A stretch of DNA of 64,000 nucleotides from Octopus bimaculoides. Lineage: Eukaryota. The stretch covers positions 5,334,196-5,398,195 of the forward strand of contig NC_068997.1 in NCBI RefSeq assembly GCF_001194135.2, in the 5' to 3' direction. The notes below the pieces were generated by a model. That model was not told the DNA's origin. It saw nothing but the letters and a program-made list of their open reading frames with translations, and ran no database searches. This document shows positions 13,719 to 26,287 of this stretch, in pieces. A program made the position numbers and the translations under genes. Numbering within the stretch: the stretch's first letter is position 1; every line of letters starts with the position of its first letter.

Positions 13719-14323
13719 NNNNNNNNNNNNNNNNNNNNNNNNNNNNNNNNNNNNNNNNNNNNNNNNNNNNNNNNNNNNNNNNNNNNNNNNNNNNNNNNNN
13801 NNNNNNNNNNNNNNNNNNNNNNNNNNNNNNNNNNNNNNNNNNNNNNNNNNNNNNNNNNNNNNNNNNNNNNNNNNNNNNNNNNNNNNNNNNNNNNNNNNNN
13901 NNNNNNNNNNNNNNNNNNNNNNNNNNNNNNNNNNNNNNNNNNNNNNNNNNNNNNNNNNNNNNNNNNNNNNNNNNNNNNNNNNNNNNNNNNNNNNNNNNNN
14001 NNNNNNNNNNNNNNNNNNNNNNNNNNNNNNNNNNNNNNNNNNNNNNNNNNNNNNNNNNNNNNNNNNNNNNNNNNNNNNNNNNNNNNNNNNNNNNNNNNNN
14101 NNNNNNNNNNNNNNNNNNNNNNNNNNNNNNNNNNNNNNNNNNNNNNNNNNNNNNNNNNNNNNNNNNNNNNGAAAGCCCTCAGTCTTATAAATGGTGCGAA
14201 ACTGAGTATTACCAATTGGTTGATAACTGATGAAGAATTAGGGCCCTTCTGTGTTTGTCTCCCGTCCGGTTGTACCCTCAGTATACGCTATGCTGTTTGT
14301 TTATTTACCATACATTTTTTATT

Positions 14324-14363
<40 letters not shown>

Positions 14364-14414
14364 GCGTATAAGAATCAAATGGTTTTGGTAGTGTGCAGAA
14401 TAATATATTGGTAA

Positions 14415-14652
14415 AAATAATAAAGTTAGTCAAAAATGAAGGAATTGTTTCTTGGTTTATTTATATATGGATACAGAAAGTCTTCAAATTTTCCAATGAA
14501 ACAAAATAAGATAAAGTAGAATATTTACTTTCTATCTAGCACTTGAGAAAGCTTTATTTCATCCCACTTCATTTCCTTGGAAAATTTGAAGACTTTATAT
14601 ACTCATATATAAATAAACTAAAGAACAATTCCTTCACTCTTGACTAATTATT
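14415..14652. mobile_element. AT-rich hairpin MITE with ~80-bp imperfect inverted arms
   Basis: TTAGTCAAAAATGAAGGAATTGTT...GTCTTCAAATTTTCCAA pairs with TTGGAAAATTTGAAGAC...AACAATTCCTTCACTCTTGACTAA. Confidence 0.7.
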
Positions 14653-14969
14653 ACACACAGATATGTGTGTGTGTGTGTGTGTGTATAAACTCACTGTTAA
14701 AAAAGTTGGGTGTGCGTGTGTACTGTTACTTGATAAATGAAAAATTGCATTGTAAATAAACAACAACAGATAAAAAAACGTATATGTACATTGAGGGTAA
14801 AACTGGATGGGAGACAGACGCAGAAGGTCCCTAATTCTTCATCAGTTATCAACCAAAATGGTAATATGCAGTGGGACTGAACCCAACCACATGGGTCTGG
14901 GTTCAGTCCCACTGCATAGCACCTCAGGCTGACCAAAGCTCTGTGAGACGGAAACTGAAAGAAGTCCAT

Positions 14970-15037
<68 letters not shown>

Positions 15038-16631
15038 NNNNNNNNNNNNNNNNNNNNNNNNNNNNNNNNNNNNNNNNNNNNNNNNNNNNNNNNNNNNNNN
15101 NNNNNNNNNNNNNNNNNNNNNNNNNNNNNNNNNNNNNNNNNNNNNNNNNNNNNNNNNNNNNNNNNNNNNNNNNNNNNNNNNNNNNNNNNNNNNNNNNNNN
15201 NNNNNNNNNNNNNNNNNNNNNNNNNNNNNNNNNNNNNNNNNNNNNNNNNNNNNNNNNNNNNNNNNNNNNNNNNNNNNNNNNNNNNNNNNNNNNNNNNNNN
15301 NNNNNNNNNNNNNNNNNNNNNNNNNNNNNNNNNNNNNNNNNNNNNNNNNNNNNNNNNNNNNNNNNNNNNNNNNNNNNNNNNNNNNNNNNNNNNNNNNNNN
15401 NNNNNNNNNNNNNNNNNNNNNNNNNNNNNNNNNNNNNNNNNNNNNNNNNNNNNNNNNNNNNNNNNNNNNNNNNNNNNNNNNNNNNNNNNNNNNNNNNNNN
15501 NNNNNNNNNNNNNNNNNNNNNNNNNNNNNNNNNNNNNNNNNNNNNNNNNNNNNNNNNNNNNNNNNNNNNNNNNNNNNNNNNNNNNNNNNNNNNNNNNNNN
15601 NNNNNNNNNNNNNNNNNNNNNNNNNNNNNNNNNNNNNNNNNNNNNNNNNNNNNNNNNNNNNNNNNNNNNNNNNNNNNNNNNNNNNNNNNNNNNNNNNNNN
15701 NNNNNNNNNNNNNNNNNNNNNNNNNNNNNNNNNNNNNNNNNNNNNNNNNNNNNNNNNNNNNNNNNNNNNNNNNNNNNNNNNNNNNNNNNNNNNNNNNNNN
15801 NNNNNNNNNNNNNNNNNNNNNNNNNNNNNNNNNNNNNNNNNNNNNNNNNNNNNNNNNNNNNNNNNNNNNNNNNNNNNNNNNNNNNNNNNNNNNNNNNNNN
15901 NNNNNNNNNNNNNNNNNNNNNNNNNNNNNNNNNNAAATTGCATTAAAAAATATCCATTTTTCTGGAAGTTATGAGATCACATAGAAACGACATGCTCCAT
16001 TCTTCATCTCATATAAAATCATCATTTTACATTAATAACTACAAAGTTTAACAACACAAAATAACAGTATACCTTAGAAGTTCAGTAGACATTCGAAGAT
16101 TTAGATGTGCAGTGTAAGTAATAAATTTATGACCCTGTAATTACTAAGACTAATTTAATTGAGTTAATTACCGTTTAGAATTTTTGTAGACATTCAAGGA
16201 TTCCAGATGTGTAAATATATAATAATTTGGGAGCCAATGAAAGAAACTGTAATTATTATGATTAATTAAAATGACTTAATTACCATTTTCTAGCAAATTT
16301 TACACACAATAAAATACTAGAGTTCAGAAATTTTATACACATTCGTGTATTCCCGCATGTTTTTCCGTTTCATTGTGCTCCCTACTGTTTTATACAAGAG
16401 GATCGTTGTTGATGTATGAATTTGACAAGTTTACCGAAAAAATTATTGCTTACCCTAATTTATTAATTTTTGTGCAGAACAAAATTAGATGTTCAGGAAT
16501 TAAAAATTTTCCAAAGTCCCTAAATTATATTTTAAAAATCCGTGACGCACCTTGATACTTCCTCACAACAAATCACTGGAGATACTAATTGCTTCTTTCT
16601 AAATTTGTTTTATTGTTTTAAAAATACACTC

Positions 16632-16665
<34 letters not shown>

Positions 16666-17289
16666 CCTACGTAACATTATATATTAATGTTTTCATAACC
16701 TAAAAGAACTCGAGGTATATTTAGACAAACTTTAAAAACAATTCATATTTCACATAAAACCCTTCACACGTAAATTCCAATATCAATTGTCTGGAGGTCA
16801 TAGAAGTTAGTTTTTCTCAGCGAAATATAAACCTGATTTGTATGAATCTTTCACAAGTTCTTTTTCCCATGACCATAGGACAGGGCAAGTTGTCAAGGTC
16901 AGCCTTGATCAAGCAAACGCCTATGAATAAAAGCGTTCCAGTTGTGGCCATTCTGTAATTTTGCAAATCAGGTACTACAAAATTGTTCGATGTATCTGTC
17001 TACTTTTTTTTTTAATGATAGTAGGATGTGATTTTATGATCTAGCTGCTATTTGTAACAAATCGAACACTCGGCTGGAAGTTCTTCGTTGACTAAGATAG
17101 GCTTTCATCTGTTATAAAATAATGGTTTCTAATTTAGGCAACAAGGCCAACAATTTTGAGATATCGGTCCGTATCACCTTGTACTTGAACGATTGTTTGT
17201 TTTACTGAATCCAAGGACAACTGGACTCAAAACACCATAGGATATTTTTCCGACGCTCTAACTATTCAGCCTGCCCGCCTAATAAGGAT

Positions 17290-17485
17290 TTCAATTTTTG
17301 GCACAAGGCCAGCAATGTGAGGGGAGGGTTAGGTCGATTACATCGACCCAGTGCTTGACTGGTACTTATTTCATCAATCAAAGGATGAAAGGCAAAATCG
17401 AGCTCAGCGGAAGTTAAACTCAGAACGTGAAGAGGAATGGAGAAATGCCGCTGAGTATTTTGGCCGACGTGCTGACAATTCTACC
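17290..17485 (-). mobile_element. SINE family A copy
   Basis: Reverse complement of the family A consensus; CpGs largely retained. Confidence 0.75.
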
Positions 17486-17586
17486 AAGCTTAATGCATGC
17501 AGGACGACAGCTAGTCAGAAAATGTTGAAAGAAAGGACAATAAGCAATAAATCAAGCAAAGAAAAGAAAGACTGCAATGAATATGC

Positions 17587-17632
<46 letters not shown>

Positions 17633-17988
17633 CATATCCACGAGTGGTAGAAGCATTGAATTAAAAAAATGTGGCCAAAGTTATTGTTAGAAAGATGGCG
17701 GAAAATCTTGGTTTCTTCGAAGTCAGCTGCAAGATGCATTAATAACCGGAGAAGGCAGACGATATGGGGAATTATTAAGAGATATAGCCAAGAAACTATA
17801 AAGTCGGACGGTTACAAATTATCATCAATGATGGGGTACTGAGAATAATCTACATGAAAATGTGTGTTCCAGATTCAATTAATCAATACCCTTTCTAAGA
17901 CACGCGGGTATAGTTTAAGCGAGATTTCTCTTCCTATTGATGTGTGAAGAAATCCGTATCAAGTTGTGTTGTATACATACAATAAAAG

Positions 17989-18025
<37 letters not shown>

Positions 18026-18719
18026 CCGAAATGTACAGTATTAAGTGCCCATTACGGCTGATCTTACCAATCGGTTTCGCGTTAGGAATACAACGGAGTG
18101 TTGGGTAACAATCTAATTATATAACTTTACGCTCATCAGAGTTAGCCGATATGGAAAGGAATATGGCGAATCCTTAAATGTATCACTATAGATTTAAAAA
18201 ACGAGTACGGATTATCAAAATTTACATTAAGGAAATTATGTGCAACAAGCAGTGTTAGATTCAAATAGCAACATGTGTTTCATACTTAATGTAAATACAT
18301 CACGGAAATCCAAATTAAACGCGGTATTCGCTCGGAAGTAACATCTCTTATGGACATATTGTAGTAGATAACAAAAATATATCAGAAGCAGGCAAAAAAA
18401 TCAGCCGGCCGGTCAATTGCAACATCAGTGCTTTTTCCATCACTGCTTTCCTATGGATTTTGTCATAACTAGTAGGTATGTGCTACTGAAAAAGCCTCAA
18501 AAAACATAAATGTAGATCTAGCATTTTTGTCACTGCTGCTGATATATTTCTGTTAACATAGAACGTCCATAGGAGATATCATCTCCGGACAAATACCGTA
18601 GTCAGTTTAGCATCCTGTGGTTTACAGTAATTGCATTAAGTGCGATACACAGATTGTTATTAAAAATGGAATATACAGTCAACTTAAGGAAATGAGGTGT
18701 TAATATTTATAGGAATATA

Positions 18720-18935
18720 AAGCGGCGAGCTGACAAAATCGTTAGCCCGCCGGGCAAAATGCTTAATGGCATTTTCATCCGTCTTCACGTCTGAGTTCAA
18801 ATTCCGCAGAGGTCGACTTTGCCTTTCATCTTTTCGGGGTCGATAAAATAAGTATCAGTTGAACACTGGGGACAATGTAATCGACTTACCACTCCCACGA
18901 AATTGCTGCTCTTGTGCCAAAATTTGAAATCAATA
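18720..18935 (+). mobile_element. SINE family A, full length, CpGs retained
   Basis: GCGGCGAGCTGACAAAATCGTTAGCCCGCCGGGC head, B-box-like GAGTTCAAATTCC, tail GTGCCAAAATTTGAAATCAAT. Confidence 0.8.
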
Positions 18936-20242
18936 TTTATAACAATAAATAGAAAATACTTTTTGTTGAAAGCAATTAACAACTAAGCTCAATGAAATTA
19001 ATCAAAAATGAAAGGTTTCATGCAATAATACAATCATATATGAAGTACAACTAAAAAGAGGAGACACTTGAAAATAAAATGAAGCTATATATTGAAATAC
19101 ATATAGTTTACAACTTTTTCAGGATTGATCTATGCTACCAGCAGTCGGGCATATCAAACGTATTTGTGCTATTGAGCTGATTTCTCGAATGTTTCAGCAC
19201 ACCATCGATTTCTGCATCAAGATAATAGACTGTAAAATCTTTATACAACTACTTTTCCGCTGATGAAAGCATCACGTCCATATATGGCTAACCGCTAGAC
19301 TCACGAATAAGCACTAGGGCTGGCTTTAGACAATTTGTTTATGGCGGGATTTGAACCATTTTTTACTTATGGACCCCTTTGATTCCTATTTCACATAGAT
19401 GGACCCTCATAACCATTCAATAATTTTACAAATGCTATTACATTTTTCTAAATTAATTATTGGGACTTGTATAAAAAAAAACTGTTAAAATATTTTGTGT
19501 ATTGTAGGAGTATAATGAACTTATTGTACATAAATTTTAACAAAATCTTATTTGCGCCCCCAAGGGTCATGTAGACTGATTGAGAATCACCGGATTAGAT
19601 CAATGCATGTATTTATTTCTGCATGCATATAGGTGGTGGGTAGTGTGTGTGTGTGAGAGAGAGAGAGCACCTCCTACACATGCGTTATGTTTTCTTTCAG
19701 AATGTATCAATGTACTAATAGGTTAAGTACCTGTGTGTTTGACATTCGTGAGAGTTACCTGTATGATCGTGTGTTAAATGACACACAAATCCTATGTAGG
19801 TGTGTGCATACAAACAGTTAAAATTTTTTTTTGATTCAGTCATTGGATTGCGGCCATGTTGGTGCACTGCCTCGAAGGGTCGAACAAATCGAGCCCGGTA
19901 CTTTTTTTTTTAAGCCTGGTACTTATTCTATTGCTTTCTTTTCGCCGAACCACTCAGTTACGAGGGCGTAAACAAACCAACATCGGTTATCAAACGGTGG
20001 GGGAGGCAAATACACACACACACACACACTTTTACTCAGAGTTTTACGTTTCCGTTCATCGGACAGTTGTGATCAAGACTGGATCAATTCCGGTCTTGAT
20101 CCAACTGTCCGACGAACGGGAACATGAAACTCTGAGAAACAGTATTTATGATGTTTTTGCAGTTTTAATAAAAAGACATATTATTCTACCTTTGGTATTC
20201 GAGTACTGCTTTTTCCACTTTGTGCTTACTCGTATATATATA

Positions 20243-20460
20243 TATAAAGAAGAATAATAAATGGAGCAAAACGCATATAATCAATACGTTCCTTTAATTC
20301 CTACATATGTTTCAAAAATTATGTGCACTCTACTCCAAAGAAGTGAGAGGTGCTGGAATGTGCACATAAATTTATCGTCAGGGAACCATCTTACAGATGC
20401 AAGACTTGCGCTAACTTATTGATTATATGCGTTTTGCTCCATTTATTATTATTCTTTATA
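20243..20460. mobile_element. Hairpin MITE with 44-bp inverted arms
   Basis: 20253-20286 is the exact reverse complement of 20417-20450 (34 bp), extending to 44 bp with one mismatch. Inner TTATGTGCAC/GTGCACATAA inverted pair; TA flanks. Confidence 0.75.
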
Positions 20461-21111
20461 TCTACTCAAAATACATCACTTTAACATGGAATTTCTTCCC
20501 ATTAACCGGGTATGATATCCCAGTTTTTGTGTGATTTTTGCTACCCTGGTAACTATTAACATATTTACATTATCGCAGTTTTTTCAACCAAGATGATATT
20601 AATATATACATAAATTTATATATATATATATATCTGACGGGCTTCTTTCAGTTTCCGTCTACCAAATCTACTCAGAGGGCTTTGGTTTATAGTAGGGTTA
20701 TAGTAGAAGACACTTGCTCAAGGTACCACACAGTGAAACTGAACCTTCTTACCATACAGCCATGCCTCTGCCAATGCCGTCTTAAAGCATTGGCATACAA
20801 GCAGTTGTCCAGAGGCCGATAATTCTTCTAAAAAAAGGTGCCTAGACACACACACGCAATATATAAATATAATCTACATTATCATCATTATACACTGATG
20901 TAATGTCCTCATCTTGATCGTCATAGTAACAATTTTTTGGCTGTTGTACCTTCCAGCCTTCCTCGGATGCCTACCACATTCGGTAACATTCTCGGGATTC
21001 AACCAAGGTTGATTTAGCCAGAGACTGAACACGCAACCACTAGCTAATTAAATTGTTACACTTAATACTTAGTCAAAGATTATATTTGCTACTCTAAGGT
21101 AATAGAAGCAT

Positions 21112-21184
21112 GGCGGAGGTAAAGAACCCTAACCTCAACCCTGACCACCGAAGACGGGTGGTGTGTGTATTCTTTACCTTCACC
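21112..21184. mobile_element. 73-bp miniature TIR element with 9-bp TSD and CCCTAA-like internal repeats
   Basis: TSD TAGAAGCAT at 21103-21111 and 21185-21193. TIRs GGCGGAGGTAAAGAA and (reverse complement) GGTGAAGGTAAAGAA match 13/15. Interior begins CCCTAACCTCAACCCTGACC. Confidence 0.75.
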
Positions 21185-22192
21185 TAGAAGCATTTTGGAG
21201 GGGAAAGTCGTAGTTTCTAATGTTTGTTCATAATGTGTCCATGTCGATGTTTCGATCTTTTTGCAGTGTTGCTCCTTATCTATTGCCTGTATTAAGTACC
21301 GCAAGGGTCTCTGTCTTCTGTTTTCTTTTGTAGGTGAGTTTAGCATAGTGATGAACACCGTAAGAAAGCGTTTAATTAAGAATGAACATTAAACATACAA
21401 AAAACAGTGAGGTCGGAGTTTTGGAATAGTTGTTCTTCAGAAGTTCCATCCCGCATGTCAAAGAAAGAAGGTATATATGTGGAAGAGAAGGGGGTCAAGA
21501 ATATATGAAGTTAAATTTTAAGAAAGGAAAAAATTACGAAATCATAATTTTCGTAATATGAAATGATTCCTCTTTCCCATAAAGTATGGGTCTAAGAAGG
21601 GCAGAGGTACCGAAACTCAGTCAAAAATGTTTAGTTTAGAACTCCTTATTTCCATTACATAATTGTCTTCCTTCAGGACAATGAGATTGTAAATATGAGC
21701 TGATGAAGAAAAGTAGTTTAGCTAGAGAGTGTAAGTTCAATGCTTGGGTGCGTCAAACAATATATTTCATTTTATATATTCAAGTTCAAGTGGAACGAGT
21801 GAGCAGCATTACAAGTAGGAGGATAAATTATGTGGGACAAATATTCTTGGTATGGACAATGGAATGAGATAAGTCGACACAAGTGGAGCTAATAAAGGGT
21901 TTGGGTCGAATTCTGAGAATGATACCGAATATAGCAGAGACTTGAACAACGGGCTAGGAGGTACAACATCCAAAAAGTTGTGATTATAGATACAAAGATG
22001 AGGACACTAGTTCGAATATATCAGTTTCTAATTACACACACGTCTTGTGTGTCTATAACAAAAAGAAAAGACAGCAGTCAATACCAAATGCAGTGTTACA
22101 TTTGATCAGAAGTTTCAGCTTGCAGTAATATTTGTGCAAGTGTGTGTGTGTGTGTGTTACGCTACCTTCAGGATTGAGTACTGTCTTTTCAC

Positions 22193-22225
<33 letters not shown>

Positions 22226-22779
22226 CATACATACACCCACTTACAAATGTGTGTATATATTTTAGAGTTTTTATATGCGTTATGTATTGATTAGATCCAG
22301 GTCAACCATGACCAAAAAAACATATAATCAAAGGTATTCAAGTCATGACCATTGAGTTTTGCCCCTGTTTAAGATCTGATATATATCTAGCAAGTCGATC
22401 TACTACTTAGGAGTTCCCTGTTTTGTGTGTGTGTGTTCAAATGAGTAGAAAGAACTCACCGTCTCCGAACAAGTCTTGAAAAATGCCATTCCAATTGGTA
22501 TTCCGTGTTCGAGTATTTGAAGTCATTCCAGCCGACAATATTTCTTTCTAGTTCTGTTTTATTTGTTTAATTTGTTTTTCTCCTTCAATGTTTCCTACAT
22601 GTTTGTGACCATTAACAATCCTCAATAGCAACAATTTAATAAATATATAAATATAGAGAGAAGGAAACTCCATTTAACTCTAGTGAATACCTTTCGCATG
22701 ATGTGTTTGGCTGATTTAAGATGTGACAGTCATAGAAACCTCGACTAAAACTTTAAAGAAAACTCACTCTTATTTCCCG

Positions 22780-22829
22780 ATTGTCTGTCTGTCTCTCTCT
22801 CTCTCTGTCTTACCTTTCTCTCTCTTTTA

Positions 22830-22860
<31 letters not shown>

Positions 22861-23610
22861 TACCTTTCTCTCTCCAGCCTTCCTCACTCTTATTATATTT
22901 CTCTCCTCAGCCTTCTTCAACCTTATTACCTTCGTCTCTCTCACAAACTTCACTCTTTTACCTTATTTTCCCTCTCTCTAGCTATCTCTTTTCTCTGTCA
23001 CTCCTCTATCTGTCCCTCATATCTGTCATTTTCTCACTTCTCTGTCACGCTGTCCCTATTCCTTCTTCGTATATGTCACTCTCTCTTTATGTTTTACCTT
23101 CCCATATATCTCTCACTCTCTCTTTTATCTGTCTATCTATCTATCTGTCTGTCTGTCTGTCTGTCTCACTTGTCAGCTTTCTATCATTTTCTCTCTCTCT
23201 CTTCTTTCGCTATATTTCTTTCTTTCTGTAGATATATCTCATCTTTCTAGCTGTTTCGTTTCTTCTCCTCGCCTTCTCTATTTCTTTTCTCCTTCACTTT
23301 CCTCCTTTTCATTACAAACTTCACTCAAACACTCTCATTCATTATCTCTGCGCTTTCTCTTTTACCTCACGCCCTGCTTACTTTCTTTCTTCTCCTTCTA
23401 TTACTTGCCCTTTATCACCTTTTTCTTTCAGTCTTTCATCCCCACCATCAACCTTTACTGCCAACTTTCTCTGCCTGTCACTCTTTCCTTCCCGTTTTTA
23501 CGCTTACTCTCTCTCTCTCTCTCTCTCTCGCTCTCTCTTCTCCCACTATCCCTCTTTATTCTTCCACTCTCTCGCTCCGCTTCGTTTTATATCTCTCCCA
23601 CTATCATTCA
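22780..23610. repeat. Long (CT)n-rich polypyrimidine tract
   Basis: About 800 bp, strongly C/T-dominated on +, with pure CT runs and CTAT/CTGT runs. Confidence 0.9.
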
Positions 23611-23764
23611 ATAAACTCAAGCTTCTTAACCAGGAAAATACATAACTGACCGTTGAAGCCTTATCTCATTGTCCAGTTTTCTTGTCTAGTCGAACTCTCT
23701 CAGTTTTTTTGTCGTCTCTGAAGATTCATATTTGTCTTAGGAGCTAATTGTTAAATAGATAACA

Positions 23765-23799
<35 letters not shown>

Positions 23800-24366
23800 A
23801 GGGGNNNNNNNNNNNNNNNNNNNNNNNNNNNNNNNNNNNNNNNNNNNNNNNNNNNNNNNNNNNNNNNNNNNNNNNNNNNNNNNNNNNNNNNNNNNNNNNN
23901 NNNNNNNNNNNNNNNNNNNNNNNNNNNNNNNNNNNNNNNNNNNNNNNNNNNNNNNNNNNNNNNNNNNNNNNNNNNNNNNNNNNNNNNNNNNNNNNNNNNN
24001 NNNNNNNNNNNNNNNNNNNNNNNNNNNNNNNNNNNNNNNNNNNNNNNNNNNNNNNNNNNNNNNNNNNNNNNNNNNNNNNNNNNNNNNNNNNNNNNNNNNN
24101 NNNNNNNNNNNNNNNNNNNNNNNNNNNNNNNNNNNNNNNNNNNNNNNNNNNNNNNNNNNNNNNNNNNNNNNNNNNNNNNNNNNNNNNNNNNNNNNNNNNN
24201 NNNNNNNNNNNNNATCAATCTCTCTCTGATAGTATGTGTTTGTATATGTATGTTTGTGTGGAGGGGAGTGGTATTGGTATTTGTCTAAAGCATGCAGGAA
24301 TGCATGTATGTATATCACACACACACACACAAGCGTGAACAAGTGTACGTACAGACGATGATACAC

Positions 24367-24402
<36 letters not shown>

Positions 24403-24564
24403 AATACAGAGAAATAGATGGGTAGTATATGTGTATATATGTAAAACACGTAGGTATGAATACAGGTACACACACACATGCGTACATGCATGCGTGTGTA
24501 CATACACATACACACACACACACTCACACACACATACATACATACATACATACATACATACATA

Positions 24565-25360
24565 AGAACGTACGTGCAGACATGGATGTTAGTAGAAAGC
24601 TCTAGGCTGATAGTAACATTGACCATCAAAGCAGTCTGTCATAGACCAACAACTGGATTACTAACTCCCACTTTGAAGGGTATGAATTTGCAATCCAGGA
24701 ACAAGAAATATCAACCTGATGCACAAAAGGGATAGAGACACAGGAAAAGCAGCAAAATGTGATAACCGATGCAGACGTTGTGGAGTTTAACACTGAAGAT
24801 GTCACCCACATCATAAGCAGTTATCTGAAAATGCCATCACGATATTATCTGCTGATGAGACATGATGTTGTAGCTAGGACACTGTACAATCATTTCTGTC
24901 AGAAGGTTAACCCTGAGGCTAAATAAATAAGAACCTACAGTATGGTAGAAGCCATAGCCACTCATAATTAAAAAAAAGAGTACTAGTGGAATGTCCCAGT
25001 TAAAACCTCAATAAAATGTAAACATAACAGACCTGACATAGTAACTTGGTATTCAGATGAGAAACTGTACAGTTGTAGAAACTAGCTGCCCAGTGGATGT
25101 TAACATAATGATCAGCAAGAAAGAAAATATCTATGCTGAACTATTGAGAAATCTGCAGCTACTCTATCCAGATTACAAGTTCAGGTTTATACCTGTAATT
25201 ATTAGAGAACTGGGATATGTAACACACTGCTAAATACCAATTTTGAGAAATTAGGCTTCTCAAAACCAGAAAGGAGAAAGCTGATCTGAAGACTACAGAT
25301 CCAATCCATCACTGGAACTGTAAAAATCTGTAAAACTTTCCAGAAGTTTATCATATAAGT
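24565..25360 (+). mobile_element. R4/Dong-like non-LTR retrotransposon, 5'-truncated (zinc knuckle plus restriction-like endonuclease)
   Basis: FEGYEFAIQEQEIST, CRRCGV/TEDVTHIISS, RHDVVARTLYN, KHNRPDIV and YAELLRNLQLLYPDYKFRFIPVII, with stops and frameshifts. Flanked by CATA/TACA repeats. Confidence 0.8.
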
Positions 25361-26249
25361 ATATATGAGCATGTCTAGAAATGCAACTATATGCATGAGA
25401 ATACATACATAAAACAAAATATACAAATCTGCACATATACATACATATATACAAAAATACCCTGTTGATGTTGAAATTCCAATGAAGGGGCTTTGGATCT
25501 AGATTAGAAGCCAGCTCTTTTTCTATTGGCAAGAAATCTTGAAATAAAACTGAAAAATGACATTCAAATAAAAGTAATAAATAAACATGATAACATAGAA
25601 CCCAAGAAGACTGATGGTGATCTGCAATGACAAGAATTTTATTGTTGGTAAAAGTAATAATATGATTAAGTCAGAATGTGGTGGAGAATAGCGTTTCTGG
25701 TATTTTGGACAATGTCTTTCTTCAGGTTTGAGATATAAGGGGTGAGTAGAGAAAACAGAAGTTTTACATCCTCTCTGTTAGAATAAACAACTATTGAAAA
25801 CCAAATTTTTTTGTTATATGCATGGGCTTGGGTACAGGGGCAGGGGACAGAAGGTGTAAGTTCTCCTAAAATTTTGGGGTGTGCAAGATCAAATTTGCAT
25901 TCCTACTTAGTTTTCTTGGGTTTAGAAAATAATGCATAAAAAGTGATCTGTAAATATTAGTTTGAAGTTAGGTTTCTTCTCAAAGAACAAAGAACAAAAA
26001 TAAATTTAGAAAATAAAACTCTGAAAAAAATTTTGAATCTGGGTTTGCACCCGCTAAGCAAATTTCATTCCTAAGCCAGTGATTATACTATTGTTGCTAT
26101 ATATTTAACTCTACTTTTTGGATTGAATCCAGCCAGAAAGATCTAATGATATTTGCTTCTGATAGGATCCAATGGGTGAATTGCCTAAGAATTCTACGTC
26201 CATGACCTTCCCAGGAACTGTGGGAAGGGAAGAGAAGATTGATGGATAT

Positions 26250-26287
<38 letters not shown>

